Source: Clostridiales bacterium (lineage in GTDB: Bacteria > Bacillota > Clostridia > Oscillospirales > CAG-272). From it: DNA of 64,000 nucleotides. The notes beneath the pieces are model-generated. The model saw nothing but the letters and a program-made list of their open reading frames with translations. It did not search any database and had not been told where the DNA came from. Location: assembly GCA_003522145.1 (NCBI GenBank), contig DPGD01000048.1, positions 3,927 through 67,926 of the forward strand. The letters run 5' to 3'. Of this stretch, positions 26,896 through 37,095 are shown piece by piece. Position 1 is the first letter of the stretch. Each line of letters starts with the position of its first letter. The translations under genes and the position numbers were made by a program.

Positions 26896-29800
26896 GAGAA
26901 ACGATTTAAAAAAGATTCTGGTCATCGGAAGCGGCCCCATTGTGATCGGACAGGGCGCAGAATTTGACTATGCAGGAACCCAAGCCTGCCTTGCCCTGAA
27001 GGAAGAAGGCTACGAGGTGGTGCTCTGCAATTCCAATCCGGCCACCATCATGACCGATCAGACCATTGCCGACAAAATTTATATGGAACCGCTGACGCTG
27101 GAGTATATTGCCAAGATCATCCGGTTCGAGCGTCCCGATGCCATCATTCCGGGACTCGGCGGACAGACCGGGCTGAATCTTGCCATGCAGTTGGAAAAAA
27201 AGGGTGTACTGCGGGAGTGCGGCACCGAATTGCTGGGCACACGCAGCGAAAGCATCGAGAAGGCCGAAGACCGGGAGCTGTTCAAAAAGCTCTGTGAAGA
27301 GATCGGGGAGCCGGTCTGCCCTTCGGAAATTGCCAAGAGCATGGAGGAAGGACTTGAGGCGGCCAGAAAGATCGGATACCCGGTGGTCCTGCGGCCGGCC
27401 TTCACTTTGGGCGGCACCGGCGGCGGATTTGCGGACGATGAAGAGAGCTTTGTGACGCTGATGGCCAACGCTTTGGAGCTTTCCCCCGTTCACGAGGTTC
27501 TGGTGGAAAAGAGCGTGAAGGGATACAAGGAGATCGAATATGAGGTGATGCGGGACAGAAACGACACGGCCATCACCATCTGCAACATGGAAAATCTGGA
27601 CCCGGTGGGGGTGCATACCGGCGACTCGGTGGTGGTTTGCCCCAGCCAGACTCTGACGAACAAGGAATACCAGATGCTGCGCAACAGCGCCCTGAAGATC
27701 ATCCGGAGTCTGGAGATCGAGGGCGGGTGCAATGTGCAGTTTGCGCTGGACCCCAACTCCTTTGAATACTTTGTGATCGAGGTCAACCCCCGGGTTTCCC
27801 GTTCTTCGGCGTTGGCCAGCAAGGCCAGCGGCTACCCGATCGCCCGGGTTTCGGCCAAAATTGCCGTCGGGCTGACGCTGGATGAGATCGTTCTGCCCAA
27901 CACCCCTGCCTGCTTTGAGCCGGCCTTGGACTATGTGGTGACGAAAATGCCCCGGTTCCCCTTCGACAAGTTCACCGATGTGAGCAACCGGCTGTCCACC
28001 CAGATGAAAGCCACGGGCGAGGTGATGAGCGTGGGCAGAACCTTTGAAGAGAGTTTGCTTAAGGCCGTACGCTCTCTGGAGACCGGTGCTTTTCACCTGT
28101 ATGCTCCTAAGTTCTCCGGGTGGGACATTCCCGCTCTGAAGGAGTATTGCCGCAACGCCACGGATGACCGGCTCTGTGCCCTTGCCGAGCTTTTAAGACG
28201 GGGAGTGACCGTGGAAGAGTTGGCAAAGCTGACGGCCATTGACCGGTTCTTCTTAGACAAAATCGCCCACATTGTGCAGATTGAGAAAGAACTGTCCGAC
28301 GCTCCCTTTGATGCGCAGGTTCTCAAAAAGGCCAAATACTACGGCTTTGGCGACAAAGCGGTGGCGCTGTTCTGGAACTGCCCGGAAGAGCGGGTGTACG
28401 AGATGCGGATGCAGGAAAAGCTCTTCCCGGTCTACAAGGCCATCGATTCCTGCGCTTCCGAGTTTGACGCCTATATCCCCTATTTTTACTCCACCTATGC
28501 CGGAGAGGAGAACGAATCGAGAGTCGGCGGCCAAAAGAAGAAGGTGGTGGTTCTGGGCGCCGGACCGATCCGGATCGGACAGGGCGTGGAATTTGACTAT
28601 TCCACTGTTCATGCCATCAAGACCATCAAAAGCGCCGGATACGAGGCGATCATCATCAACAACAATCCCGAAACGGTATCCACGGATTACACCACCTCGG
28701 ATAAGCTCTATTTTGAGCCGCTGACGGTGGAAAGTGTATTGGATATTCTCCGTCTGGAACAGCCGGAGGGGGTCATTGCCTCTTTGGGCGGACAGACTGC
28801 CATCAATCTGGCAGGGCCTCTTGCCAAATACGGAGTGAAGATCATCGGTACCGATTGCGCCGCCATAGATCGGGCGGAAAACCGGGACCTGTTTGAAAAG
28901 CTTCTGACGGAGCTGGGTATTCCCGAACCGAAGGGTCGGGCGGTGACCAAGATCGAAGAGGGTGTTGAGGCGGCCGAGGAAATCGGCTATCCGGTGTTGG
29001 TTCGTCCCTCCTTTGTGCTGGGCGGCAGAGCCATGCAGATCGTGACGAACGAGGAGAGTCTGCGGCATTATCTGAAAACCGCCGTGGAGATCGGCGAAGA
29101 AAAGCCGGTGCTGGTGGACCGCTACATTTCCGGAAAGGAGGTGGAGGTGGACGCTATATGCGATGGCCGGGATGTGTTTGTGCCGGGCATTATGGAGCTG
29201 GTGGAGCGCACGGGAATCCACAGCGGAGACAGCATCAGCGTTTATCCGCCCTTCAGCATTTCCGACCGGGTAAAGGGCATACTGCTTCAGTATACCAAGC
29301 GTTTGGGCCTTGCCATCGGCATTGTGGGGCTGTTCAACATCCAGTTCATTGTGGACAAACAGGAGCAGGTTTACATTATCGAGGTCAATCCCCGCTCCTC
29401 CCGCACCGTTCCGTTCCTCTCCAAGGCTACTGGGTATAGTTTAGCCGACATTGCCACCCAGGTGATCTTGGGCAAGTCCCTAAAGGAACAGGGAATTTTC
29501 ACCATCTATCCCGATGAGAAAAAGAGACATTATGTCAAGGTGCCGGTGTTCTCTTTTGCCAAGATCACCGGCGTGGATGCCACTCTTTCCCCCGAAATGA
29601 AGTCGACGGGAGAAGCCATCGGCTATGACGACAAGCTGAACCGGGCGCTGTACAAAGCCCTGCAGGCTTCGGGCATGAAGCTGCACAATTACGGCACGGT
29701 CCTTGTGACGGTCTGCGACAAGGACAAGGAAGAGGCCTTGCCTTTGGTCCGACGGTTCTACAATCTGGGCTTCAACATTGAGGCCACCTCCGGCACGGCG

Positions 29801-30070
29801 GCGTTTCTCAAGAAAAACGGCATCCGTACCCGGGTTCTGAAAAAACTGAGCGAAGGGGACGACATTGAAAACGCTCTGCGCCAGGGGCACATTGCCTATG
29901 TGGTCAATACCGGAAATGCGGCGGACGCCGGACTGAATACCGACGGACACCGTATAAGACAGATCGCTACGGAAAATAATATCACCATGTTTACGGCGCT
30001 GGATACCGTGAAAGTCCTTCTGGATGTGTTGGAGGAAACCACCCTCTGCGTTTCCACCATTGACGCCTGA
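26888..30070 (+). CDS. carB: carbamoyl-phosphate synthase large subunit
   Basis: Duplicated ATP-grasp halves ([24 protein letters not shown] and [24 protein letters not shown]) and a C-terminal MGS-like domain. Confidence 0.95.
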   Translation: MPKRNDLKKILVIGSGPIVIGQGAEFDYAGTQACLALKEEGYEVVLCNSNPATIMTDQTIADKIYMEPLTLEYIAKIIRFERPDAIIPGLGGQTGLNLAMQLEKKGVLRECGTELLGTRSESIEKAEDRELFKKLCEEIGEPVCPSEIAKSMEEGLEAARKIGYPVVLRPAFTLGGTGGGFADDEESFVTLMANALELSPVHEVLVEKSVKGYKEIEYEVMRDRNDTAITICNMENLDPVGVHTGDSVVVCPSQTLTNKEYQMLRNSALKIIRSLEIEGGCNVQFALDPNSFEYFVIEVNPRVSRSSALASKASGYPIARVSAKIAVGLTLDEIVLPNTPACFEPALDYVVTKMPRFPFDKFTDVSNRLSTQMKATGEVMSVGRTFEESLLKAVRSLETGAFHLYAPKFSGWDIPALKEYCRNATDDRLCALAELLRRGVTVEELAKLTAIDRFFLDKIAHIVQIEKELSDAPFDAQVLKKAKYYGFGDKAVALFWNCPEERVYEMRMQEKLFPVYKAIDSCASEFDAYIPYFYSTYAGEENESRVGGQKKKVVVLGAGPIRIGQGVEFDYSTVHAIKTIKSAGYEAIIINNNPETVSTDYTTSDKLYFEPLTVESVLDILRLEQPEGVIASLGGQTAINLAGPLAKYGVKIIGTDCAAIDRAENRDLFEKLLTELGIPEPKGRAVTKIEEGVEAAEEIGYPVLVRPSFVLGGRAMQIVTNEESLRHYLKTAVEIGEEKPVLVDRYISGKEVEVDAICDGRDVFVPGIMELVERTGIHSGDSISVYPPFSISDRVKGILLQYTKRLGLAIGIVGLFNIQFIVDKQEQVYIIEVNPRSSRTVPFLSKATGYSLADIATQVILGKSLKEQGIFTIYPDEKKRHYVKVPVFSFAKITGVDATLSPEMKSTGEAIGYDDKLNRALYKALQASGMKLHNYGTVLVTVCDKDKEEALPLVRRFYNLGFNIEATSGTAAFLKKNGIRTRVLKKLSEGDDIENALRQGHIAYVVNTGNAADAGLNTDGHRIRQIATENNITMFTALDTVKVLLDVLEETTLCVSTIDA

Positions 30071-30099
30071 AACAGCCTTTGGACAGGAAAGGAGAACCG

Positions 30100-30831
30100 A
30101 TGAAACAGGTTTTTTATACCGTGGAAGAAAACCGGAAGATTGCCAAAAATGTATATAAACTGCGGTTGCACGGCGACACTTCGGCCATCACGGCACCCGG
30201 TCAGTTTGTGAATCTGAAGATCGAAGGATGCTATCTGCGCCGTCCGCTGTCGGTCTGTGACACCGAGGGAGAGGAACTGACGCTCCTTTATAAGGTGGTG
30301 GGCAGAGGAACGGAAATACTGAGTAAGATTCCTGAGGGAAGGGAATTGGATACTCTGACGGGCTTAGGCAACGGCTTCGATCTTTCGGTGAATACAAAAA
30401 GGCCCTTGCTGGTGGGCGGGGGCGTTGGGGTGCCGCCGCTCTACAAGCTGGCAAAAGATCTGCTGGCAAAAGGAGCAAAGCCCACGGCGGTTTTAGGCTT
30501 CAATCAGGCAGAGGAGGTTTTCTACAGGGAAGAATTTGAAGCGTTGGGCGTGCAGGTGGTGTTGATGACCGCCGACGGAAGCGCAGGGCGAAAGGGCTTT
30601 GTCACCGATGCCATCGGCGACCTTTCCTATGATTATTTCTACACCTGCGGTCCGGAGCCCATGTTCCGGGCGCTGGAAAAGATGGTAAAGGGTCCGGGGG
30701 AATACAGCTTTGAAGAGCGGATGGGCTGCGGCTTCGGCGCCTGCATGGGCTGTTCCTGCAAGACCAAGTACGGAGCCAAGCGCATTTGTAAGGAGGGGCC
30801 TGTACTGAAAAGAGAGGAGATCGTCTGGTAA
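30100..30831 (+). CDS. pyrK: dihydroorotate dehydrogenase electron-transfer subunit
   Basis: FAD/NAD-binding fold and a C-terminal 2Fe-2S cysteine cluster, CGFGACMGCSC...C. ATG follows GGAAAGGAG. Confidence 0.9.
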   Translation: MKQVFYTVEENRKIAKNVYKLRLHGDTSAITAPGQFVNLKIEGCYLRRPLSVCDTEGEELTLLYKVVGRGTEILSKIPEGRELDTLTGLGNGFDLSVNTKRPLLVGGGVGVPPLYKLAKDLLAKGAKPTAVLGFNQAEEVFYREEFEALGVQVVLMTADGSAGRKGFVTDAIGDLSYDYFYTCGPEPMFRALEKMVKGPGEYSFEERMGCGFGACMGCSCKTKYGAKRICKEGPVLKREEIVW

Positions 30832-30832
30832 A

Positions 30833-31744
30833 ATGGATACGAAAGTAACACTGTCCGGCTGGGAACTGAGCAATCCGGTCATTCCCTGCAGCGGAACCTT
30901 CGGGTACGGAAAGGAATTTGCCGAGCTGTACGACCTGAATATTCTGGGGTCCTTCTCCTTTAAGGGAACCACGGTGGAGCCTCGCTTCGGCAATCCCACA
31001 CCGAGAATCGCCGAGGCGGATGACGGAATTCTCAATTCGGTCGGTCTGCAGAACCCCGGCATGGAGCATGTGCGGCGGGTGGAATTGCCTGAAATAAAGA
31101 AATGCTTCGGGAAAAAGGTGATCGCCAATCTGAGCGGTTCTCTTGTGGAGGACTATGTGGAGCTGTGCCGCCAGTTCAATGAAGAGGAGCAGGTGGCGCT
31201 GTTTGAGATCAACATCAGCTGTCCCAATGTGAAATGCGGCGGCATGGGCTTGGGCACCCGGCCGGAAACGGCATACGAGGTGACCAAAGCGGTGAAGACG
31301 GTGGCCAAAAAGCCGGTGTATATGAAGCTTTCACCCAATGTGACCGACATTGCGGGCATTGCCAAGGCCTGCGAAGAGGGAGGAGCGGACGGCATCAGCC
31401 TGATCAACACCCTGACCGGAATGCGGATCGACCTGAAAAAGAAAAAGCCGGTCATTGCCAACAAAATCGCAGGATACTCGGGCAAGGCGCTGTTCCCGGT
31501 GGCGCTGGGCATGGTGTACAAGGTATACGAAGCGGTGAAAATTCCCATCATCGGAATGGGCGGAGTATCCACGGCGGAGGATGTGTTGGAAATGATGCTG
31601 GCCGGCGCCACGGCTGTGGGCGTGGGAGCGGCCAATCTTTTGGATCCCTATGCCTCCAAAAAGATCGTGGAGGAGCTGCCCGGGGCTATGGAAAAATACG
31701 GAATCGAAAATTTAAGAGAGATTATTGGAGGTGCACATGGCTGA
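30833..31744 (+). CDS. pyrD: dihydroorotate dehydrogenase 1B catalytic subunit
   Basis: NPVIPCSGTFGYG, NISCPN, and IIGMGGV motifs. Confidence 0.92.
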   Translation: MDTKVTLSGWELSNPVIPCSGTFGYGKEFAELYDLNILGSFSFKGTTVEPRFGNPTPRIAEADDGILNSVGLQNPGMEHVRRVELPEIKKCFGKKVIANLSGSLVEDYVELCRQFNEEEQVALFEINISCPNVKCGGMGLGTRPETAYEVTKAVKTVAKKPVYMKLSPNVTDIAGIAKACEEGGADGISLINTLTGMRIDLKKKKPVIANKIAGYSGKALFPVALGMVYKVYEAVKIPIIGMGGVSTAEDVLEMMLAGATAVGVGAANLLDPYASKKIVEELPGAMEKYGIENLREIIGGAHG

Positions 31745-32441
31745 GAACAAAGTGATCGTGGCTTTGGATTTTGACACTATGGACAAGGTGACCGGCTTCC
31801 TTGACCGGTTCCATGACCGAAAACTGTTTGTAAAGGTGGGCATGGAGCTGTTCTATGCGGAGGGTCCCGCCGTTGTGCGGGAGATCAAACGCCGGGGACA
31901 CCGGATTTTCTTGGATCTGAAGCTTCATGATATTCCCAACACCGTGATGAAGGCGATGAGCGTGCTGTCGGGTCTGGATGTGGATATTTGCAATCTGCAC
32001 GCTTCGGGCACGAAGGAAATGATGGAATATGCCGTAAAAGGGCTGACACGCCCCGACGGCAGCAGACCCTTGCTGATTGCCGTCACCCAGCTGACCAGCA
32101 CCAGCGAAGAGAATCTGCACAGGGAACTGCTCATTGACCGTCCTTTGGAAGAGGTGGTGCGCAAATACGCCCTGCGCGCCAAGGAAGCAGGGTTGGACGG
32201 GGTGGTCTGTTCGCCCTTGGAGGCAGAGGCGGTTCACGAATACTGCGGAAAGAATTTCTTGACCGTCACCCCCGGCATCCGTTTTGCCGAAGGAGAGAAG
32301 GGCGACCAGAAACGGGTGACCACTCCGGCAGATGCCCGGAGAATGGGCTCGGATTACATTGTGGTCGGCCGTCCGATCACGGCGGCGGCAGACCCGGTGG
32401 CGGCCTACCTGCGGTGCGTAAAAGAATTTTCGGAAGGCTGA
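31737..32441 (+). CDS. pyrF: orotidine-5'-phosphate decarboxylase
   Basis: VIVALDF, DLKLHDIPNT and VVGRPI motifs. ATG 31737 follows GGAGG. Confidence 0.9.
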   Translation: MAENKVIVALDFDTMDKVTGFLDRFHDRKLFVKVGMELFYAEGPAVVREIKRRGHRIFLDLKLHDIPNTVMKAMSVLSGLDVDICNLHASGTKEMMEYAVKGLTRPDGSRPLLIAVTQLTSTSEENLHRELLIDRPLEEVVRKYALRAKEAGLDGVVCSPLEAEAVHEYCGKNFLTVTPGIRFAEGEKGDQKRVTTPADARRMGSDYIVVGRPITAAADPVAAYLRCVKEFSEG

Positions 32442-32456
32442 AGGGAGATACATACA

Positions 32457-33107
32457 ATGGAAGAGATGAATGTGACGATCGCAAAGGCGTTGTTATCCAT
32501 AAAGGCGGTATTTTTCCGCCCGGAGGAGCCATTTATTTGGGCAAGCGGCATCAAAAGTCCGGTATACTGCGATAACCGGCTGATCCTCACGGCGCCCGGG
32601 GTGCGCTCTGAAGTGGAGAAGGCCCTGGCAAGGACGGTGAAAAGAGAATATCCCGAAGCGGAGGTTCTGATGGGAACCTCCACCGCCGGAATTGCCCACG
32701 CCGCCATTGCCGCCGAAATACTGGGCCTTCCCATGGGCTATGTCCGGGGAGGAAAGAAGGATCACGGAAGACAAAACCAGATTGAGGGAAGGTTAGAAAA
32801 GGGACAGAAGGTGGTCGTGGTGGAGGATCTGATCTCCACCGGCGGAAGCGTTCTGGAGGTTGTGGAGGTTTTGAGAGAGGCGGGCGCCGAAGTGCTGGGG
32901 GTGGTCAGCATCTTCACCTATGGCATGAAAAAGGGCCTGGAACGGTTGAGCGAGGCGAGGGTACGGAATGTAAGCCTGACGGATTTCGACACCATAGCAA
33001 GAGTTGCCGGCGAGGAAGGCTATGTGAGCAAAGAGGATGTAAAAAGACTGATTGCCTTCCGGGACAACCCTTCGGATGAAAGCTGGATCGGAAAGGAGCA
33101 GGCATGA
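32457..33107 (+). CDS. pyrE: orotate phosphoribosyltransferase
   Basis: SGIKSPVYCDNR and the PRPP loop VVVVEDLISTGGS. Confidence 0.9.
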   Translation: MEEMNVTIAKALLSIKAVFFRPEEPFIWASGIKSPVYCDNRLILTAPGVRSEVEKALARTVKREYPEAEVLMGTSTAGIAHAAIAAEILGLPMGYVRGGKKDHGRQNQIEGRLEKGQKVVVVEDLISTGGSVLEVVEVLREAGAEVLGVVSIFTYGMKKGLERLSEARVRNVSLTDFDTIARVAGEEGYVSKEDVKRLIAFRDNPSDESWIGKEQA

Positions 33108-34177
33108 AGCATCTTCTGGATATTTTGGACCTGTCCACCGGGGAAATCGAACGGATGATGGATTTGGCGGAGCAGATGGACGCCCATCCCGAAAGGTATG
33201 AGGATTCCATGAAGCATAAGACCCTTGCCACCCTCTTTTTCGAGCCTTCCACCAGAACCAGACTCAGCTTTGAATCGGCGATGCTGTCCTTGGGGGGCAA
33301 TGTGCTGGGCTTTTCCGATGCGAACACCTGCTCCGCAACCAAAGGGGAAAGTCTTTCCGATACCGTCACCGTGGTGTCGGGCTATGTGGATATTCTTGCC
33401 ATGCGCCACCCGAAGGAAGGCGCCCCGGCGGTGGCTATCGGACATTCTTCGGTGCCCGTGATCAATGCCGGCGACGGCGGACACTATCATCCCACCCAGA
33501 CCCTGGCGGACCTGCTGACCATAAAGAGAGAAAAGGGAAGACTGGACAACCTGACGGTGGGGTTCTGCGGAGATCTGCGTTACGGACGCACGGTGCATTC
33601 GCTGATCGGCGCCCTTTCAAGATACGAGGGTATCCGTTTTGTGCTGATTTCTCCCCAGGAGCTGTCTCTGCCGGAATTCGTGAAGAAAAGCTATCTGACC
33701 GAAGAAAATTACGAGGAAAGCACCTCTCTGGAAGAGAAGATCGGACAGCTGGATGTGCTGTATATGACCAGAGTTCAGAAGGAACGGTTTACTGACCTGG
33801 AGAAATACGAGAGCTTGAAGGATGTATATGTCCTGACGGAAGAGAAGATGCGGGAGGCCAAGGACGATATGATCGTTCTGCACCCACTGCCCAGAGTGAA
33901 CGAGATTGAAGTGGCGGTGGACAAGGATCCCCGCGCCTGCTATTTCAAGCAGACTCTTAACGGGAAGCTGATGCGTATGGCGCTGATTTATACCCTTCTG
34001 AAGGAGAAGGACAAGCCCGATGTCCCCAGAGAAAAGGGGGAGCCGGCGGAACTGAAGAAAAAATGCACCAATGTCCACTGTATCACCGGAAGCGAGAGGG
34101 CCTTGCCCAAACGCTTTTATAAGGACCAGAAGGGAATCGTAAGGTGCTTCTATTGCGACGGGGAAGTGCGGAAATAA
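33104..34177 (+). CDS. pyrB: aspartate carbamoyltransferase catalytic chain fused to a PyrI-type zinc domain
   Basis: FFEPSTRTR, HPTQ and HPLPR motifs of the ATCase catalytic chain. An extra C-terminal segment of about 55 aa, KKKCTNVHCITGSERALPKRFYKDQKGIVRCFYCDGE, matches the CxNxxCI...CxYC zinc domain of the regulatory chain. Confidence 0.9.
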   Translation: MKHLLDILDLSTGEIERMMDLAEQMDAHPERYEDSMKHKTLATLFFEPSTRTRLSFESAMLSLGGNVLGFSDANTCSATKGESLSDTVTVVSGYVDILAMRHPKEGAPAVAIGHSSVPVINAGDGGHYHPTQTLADLLTIKREKGRLDNLTVGFCGDLRYGRTVHSLIGALSRYEGIRFVLISPQELSLPEFVKKSYLTEENYEESTSLEEKIGQLDVLYMTRVQKERFTDLEKYESLKDVYVLTEEKMREAKDDMIVLHPLPRVNEIEVAVDKDPRACYFKQTLNGKLMRMALIYTLLKEKDKPDVPREKGEPAELKKKCTNVHCITGSERALPKRFYKDQKGIVRCFYCDGEVRK

Positions 34178-34198
34178 AAACCGAAACCCCAATGGAAA

Positions 34199-34232
34199 GG
34201 GCGAGGGCGCAGTTTTTTCTGCGCCCTCGCCC
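34199..34232 (+). terminator. strong hairpin at the end of the pyr operon
   Basis: Perfect 14-bp stem GGGCGAGGGCGCAG-TTTTTT-CTGCGCCCTCGCCC. There is no clear U-tail. Confidence 0.55.
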
Positions 34233-34316
34233 GCTTATATCGTTGTGAATAACATCCAAAGCCCCGCAAAAACTGCACTGGTGTCCGATTTTTTCCCAAC
34301 CTAAGATTTCCGGATG

Positions 34317-35114
34317 TTATTTTGACAGCATCACCTTATCGCTTGTCATTTGGCTTCCGCTGGAGGCTTCAAACATCTGAAGAAGCTGTTCTATCGTGAG
34401 CTTCTTCTTTTCTTCGCCCTTAATGTCCACCACGATGCGTCCTTCATGCATCATAATCAGACGGTTGCCGATGCGAATGGCGACTGCCATATTGTGCGTG
34501 ATCATAATCGTCATCAAATGGTCTTTTGCAACGATCTCCTCGGTGATATTCAGAACTTTTTTGGCGGTTTTGGGATCAAGTGCCGCCGTATGCTCGTCAA
34601 GAAGCAGGAGCTTGGGTTTTTTAAGCGTTGCCATAAGCAAGGTCAGTGCTTGGCGCTGACCGCCCGAAAGCAATCCGACTTTAGCCGTAAGTCTGTCCTC
34701 AAGTCCGAGGCCGAGGATTTTCAAAAGCTCTTTATATTCTTTCTTTTCTTTGGCAGTGATTCCGGAACGCAGTCCTCTCCGTGCGCCTCTGCGTGCGGCA
34801 AGCGCAAGATTTTCTTCAATCTGCATATCTGCCGCCGTACCGGTCATGGGATCCTGGAATACCCGTCCAAGATACTTTGCCCGTTTATGCTCCGGAAGCC
34901 TGGTGACATCAACGCCGTCAATGATAATGCTTCCGCAATCCACGGGATATACCCCTGCAATCATATTGAGCATTGTGGATTTGCCTGCGCCGTTCCCGCC
35001 GATTACTGTTACGAAGTCTCCCTCATCAAGATGAAGATTGATGCCGCAAAGTGCCTTTTTTTCGTTAACCGTTCCGGGGTTAAATGTTTTTTCAATATTT
35101 ACTATATCAAGCAT
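34317..35114 (-). CDS. ABC transporter ATP-binding protein (COG1101-like, uncharacterised ABC system)
   Basis: Walker A GGNGAGKST, signature LSGGQRQ, Walker B LLLLDEHTAALD. Confidence 0.85.
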   Translation of the reverse strand: MLDIVNIEKTFNPGTVNEKKALCGINLHLDEGDFVTVIGGNGAGKSTMLNMIAGVYPVDCGSIIIDGVDVTRLPEHKRAKYLGRVFQDPMTGTAADMQIEENLALAARRGARRGLRSGITAKEKKEYKELLKILGLGLEDRLTAKVGLLSGGQRQALTLLMATLKKPKLLLLDEHTAALDPKTAKKVLNITEEIVAKDHLMTIMITHNMAVAIRIGNRLIMMHEGRIVVDIKGEEKKKLTIEQLLQMFEASSGSQMTSDKVMLSK

Positions 35115-35847
35115 TTTTCTGTTCCCCTTTCGGTTTTTTTACATATCTTTGTGCATACTTTCTTTTCCAATACGGAATGGCCAGGAATATGGCAACAATG
35201 ACCGCAGAAAGGAGCTTCAGAAGATTTGCATCGAATCCGACTGTGATGACCGCCTGAATGACGATGTAGTAAATGATCGATCCGAATGCAACGGACAACA
35301 GACGAAGTGCAAAATTCTTAAAGATCTTGCTGAACAGTGCTTCCCCGATGATCATGGCAGCCAGACCGATCACGATGGCTCCCTGTCCCATCTTCACATC
35401 GGCAAATCCCTGATACTGTGCGAGAAAAGTACCCGACAATGCAACAAGACCGTTTGAAAGCATAATGCCGAGAACTTTGTTAAAATTCGTATTGATGCCT
35501 TGTGCACGGCTCATATTCTGGTTGATACCCGTAGCCCGGACGGAGCAACCCATCTCGGTACCGAAAAACCAATACAGAAGAGCAATCAGAACAATCAGAA
35601 CAACACTAACGGTTATGATCGGGTTGTGAAAAGCAAACTCTTTCACCCAACGCAAAGAAACCAACAGATCCGTTTGGTTCACATTGATGGATTGGTTTGC
35701 TTTCCCTATGATTTTCAAATTGATGGAGTAAAGTGAAAGTTGTGTCAGAATGCCCGCCAAGATCGGGGGGATTCCCATTAATGTGTGTAACAGACCGGTA
35801 ATGGCACCTGCGACAAGTCCTGCAATAAATGCCGGCTCCAGGTATGC
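35107..35847 (-). pseudogene. 5'-truncated ABC transporter permease (COG4120-like)
   Basis: Permease-like sequence (..PAFIAGLVAGAITGLLHTLMGIPPILAGILTQLSLYSINL..) runs upstream of the annotated ATG and stops at an in-frame stop near 35851. The N-terminal TM helices of the family are missing, and no substrate-binding protein gene is present. Confidence 0.6.
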
Positions 35848-35854
35848 AAATCAG

Positions 35855-36211
35855 AAAAATCTTAGAATAGCGGATATTATGAACGAGCCCTTTATTCTTA
35901 CCGAATGCGGTCAGGGCTATCGCCGCATTTTGGACGCAGAGCTTGCCAAGAAGTCTTTGGAAATTTCGCCGGTTCTTGAAATCGGAAGGACCGATATCAT
36001 TACGCATTTTCTCACAAAAAGCGATATGATCTCCTATCTTCCCGATTTTGTAACAAAGGAAGGGACCAGATCGGGAGAGCTCTGCTATCTTGATGTTGTG
36101 GATGTAAACATCGATATTTGGAAACAGCTCATTTACCACAAAAACAAGTGGATGTCCAAAAGTTTGAAATCCGTACTCGAATATATTAAGTCCCACGAGT
36201 TTGCCCATTAA
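35855..36211 (+). pseudogene. LysR-family regulator fragment (C-terminal part of the effector domain only)
   Basis: RIADIMNEPFILTECGQGYRRILDAEL...MISYLPDFV...LIYHKNKWMS resembles the last ~115 aa of a LysR substrate-binding domain. There is no HTH. It abuts the truncated permease. Confidence 0.55.
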
Positions 36212-36214
36212 AAT

Positions 36215-36252
36215 AGCGCCTGTAACTTTTTGCGGTTGCAGGCGCTGTTTTG
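36215..36252 (+). terminator. rho-independent terminator
   Basis: AGCGCCTG...CAGGCGCT followed by GTTTTG. Confidence 0.55.
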
Positions 36253-36286
36253 TGGTTCCGAAAAGACAGTGTCAAGCTTTCCGTCT

Positions 36287-36796
36287 TCAAGACCAATGCC
36301 ACAGGGGAGGTTCCGGAATTCTTTCGGAATTTTTGAACCTCCCCTTCAGATTATATAAAGTATTGAAATAGCGCAGGCGTTTCATGCGCAGTGTGGAGCG
36401 CTGGAAGAAGAAAATATCGGCGGCCTCCCACATGAACACCCAGGCGACCACATCGATCATTTCCAGGAAAACCGATTGCACAGCTCTGTTTGTCAGAATC
36501 AGCGCTAAGGCAAGGGTCAGAGCCGCAAGGAAGGTCATCGTCACGGTCTGAATGGTGTTTTTCCTTATATTCCGCACGGTCTCGGAAAATTCGGCGTGGT
36601 AGTAGCTGCGGATGGCCTTTTCGTAAAGAATGCGCTCTTCGGCGTCGATACACTGTCCCTCGATTTCAATATGTAAAGGCGTGTCCGGACGCAGATGCTT
36701 TATACTGTGTTCCAAAAATTCTGCCGTCTCGGAGGACAACATGGGCAGACCGTTGGTGGAGAAGGGGGGAAAGAAAATTGCTGTCGTCCGAAACAT
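36287..36796 (-). CDS. hypothetical membrane protein
   Basis: ORF with two clear hydrophobic helices (TVTMTFLAALTLALALIL and IDVVAWVFMWEAADIFFF). No recognised family. The start is uncertain; M19 is an alternative. Confidence 0.45.
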   Translation of the reverse strand: MFRTTAIFFPPFSTNGLPMLSSETAEFLEHSIKHLRPDTPLHIEIEGQCIDAEERILYEKAIRSYYHAEFSETVRNIRKNTIQTVTMTFLAALTLALALILTNRAVQSVFLEMIDVVAWVFMWEAADIFFFQRSTLRMKRLRYFNTLYNLKGRFKNSERIPEPPLWHWS

Positions 36797-36898
36797 GAAT
36801 TTTCACCAATTGACGGCCGCTTTCGTCAAGGGGAGCCGGACGGGCGGTGCGAATTTCCCTTGTCAGGGATTGGAATGCGCGGAATCGTTCAAACATAA

Positions 36899-36951
36899 AA
36901 TCCTCCCGAAATCTGCCGTCGGTTCAAAAGCGGCAGGAGTACGGGAGGATT
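36899..36951 (-). terminator. long nested hairpin, possible terminator downstream of the rRNA methyltransferase gene
   Basis: Outer stem AATCCTCCCG/CGGGAGGATT and inner stem CTGCCG/CGGCAG. On the minus strand it is followed by a T-rich stretch, TTTATGTTTG. Confidence 0.35.
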
Positions 36952-37095
36952 ATAGCACAGTTGTGGGCAGAATGCAAGAAATACCTGCAAAGTTCCACAA
37001 AAAATCGGTTTTTTCGACCGGAAAACAGAATTCGGAAAAGCGGCTTCTGGCAGCTCTGCGGAAAGCAGAAAATCCGCCAAAGCGCCGAGAAGTAT

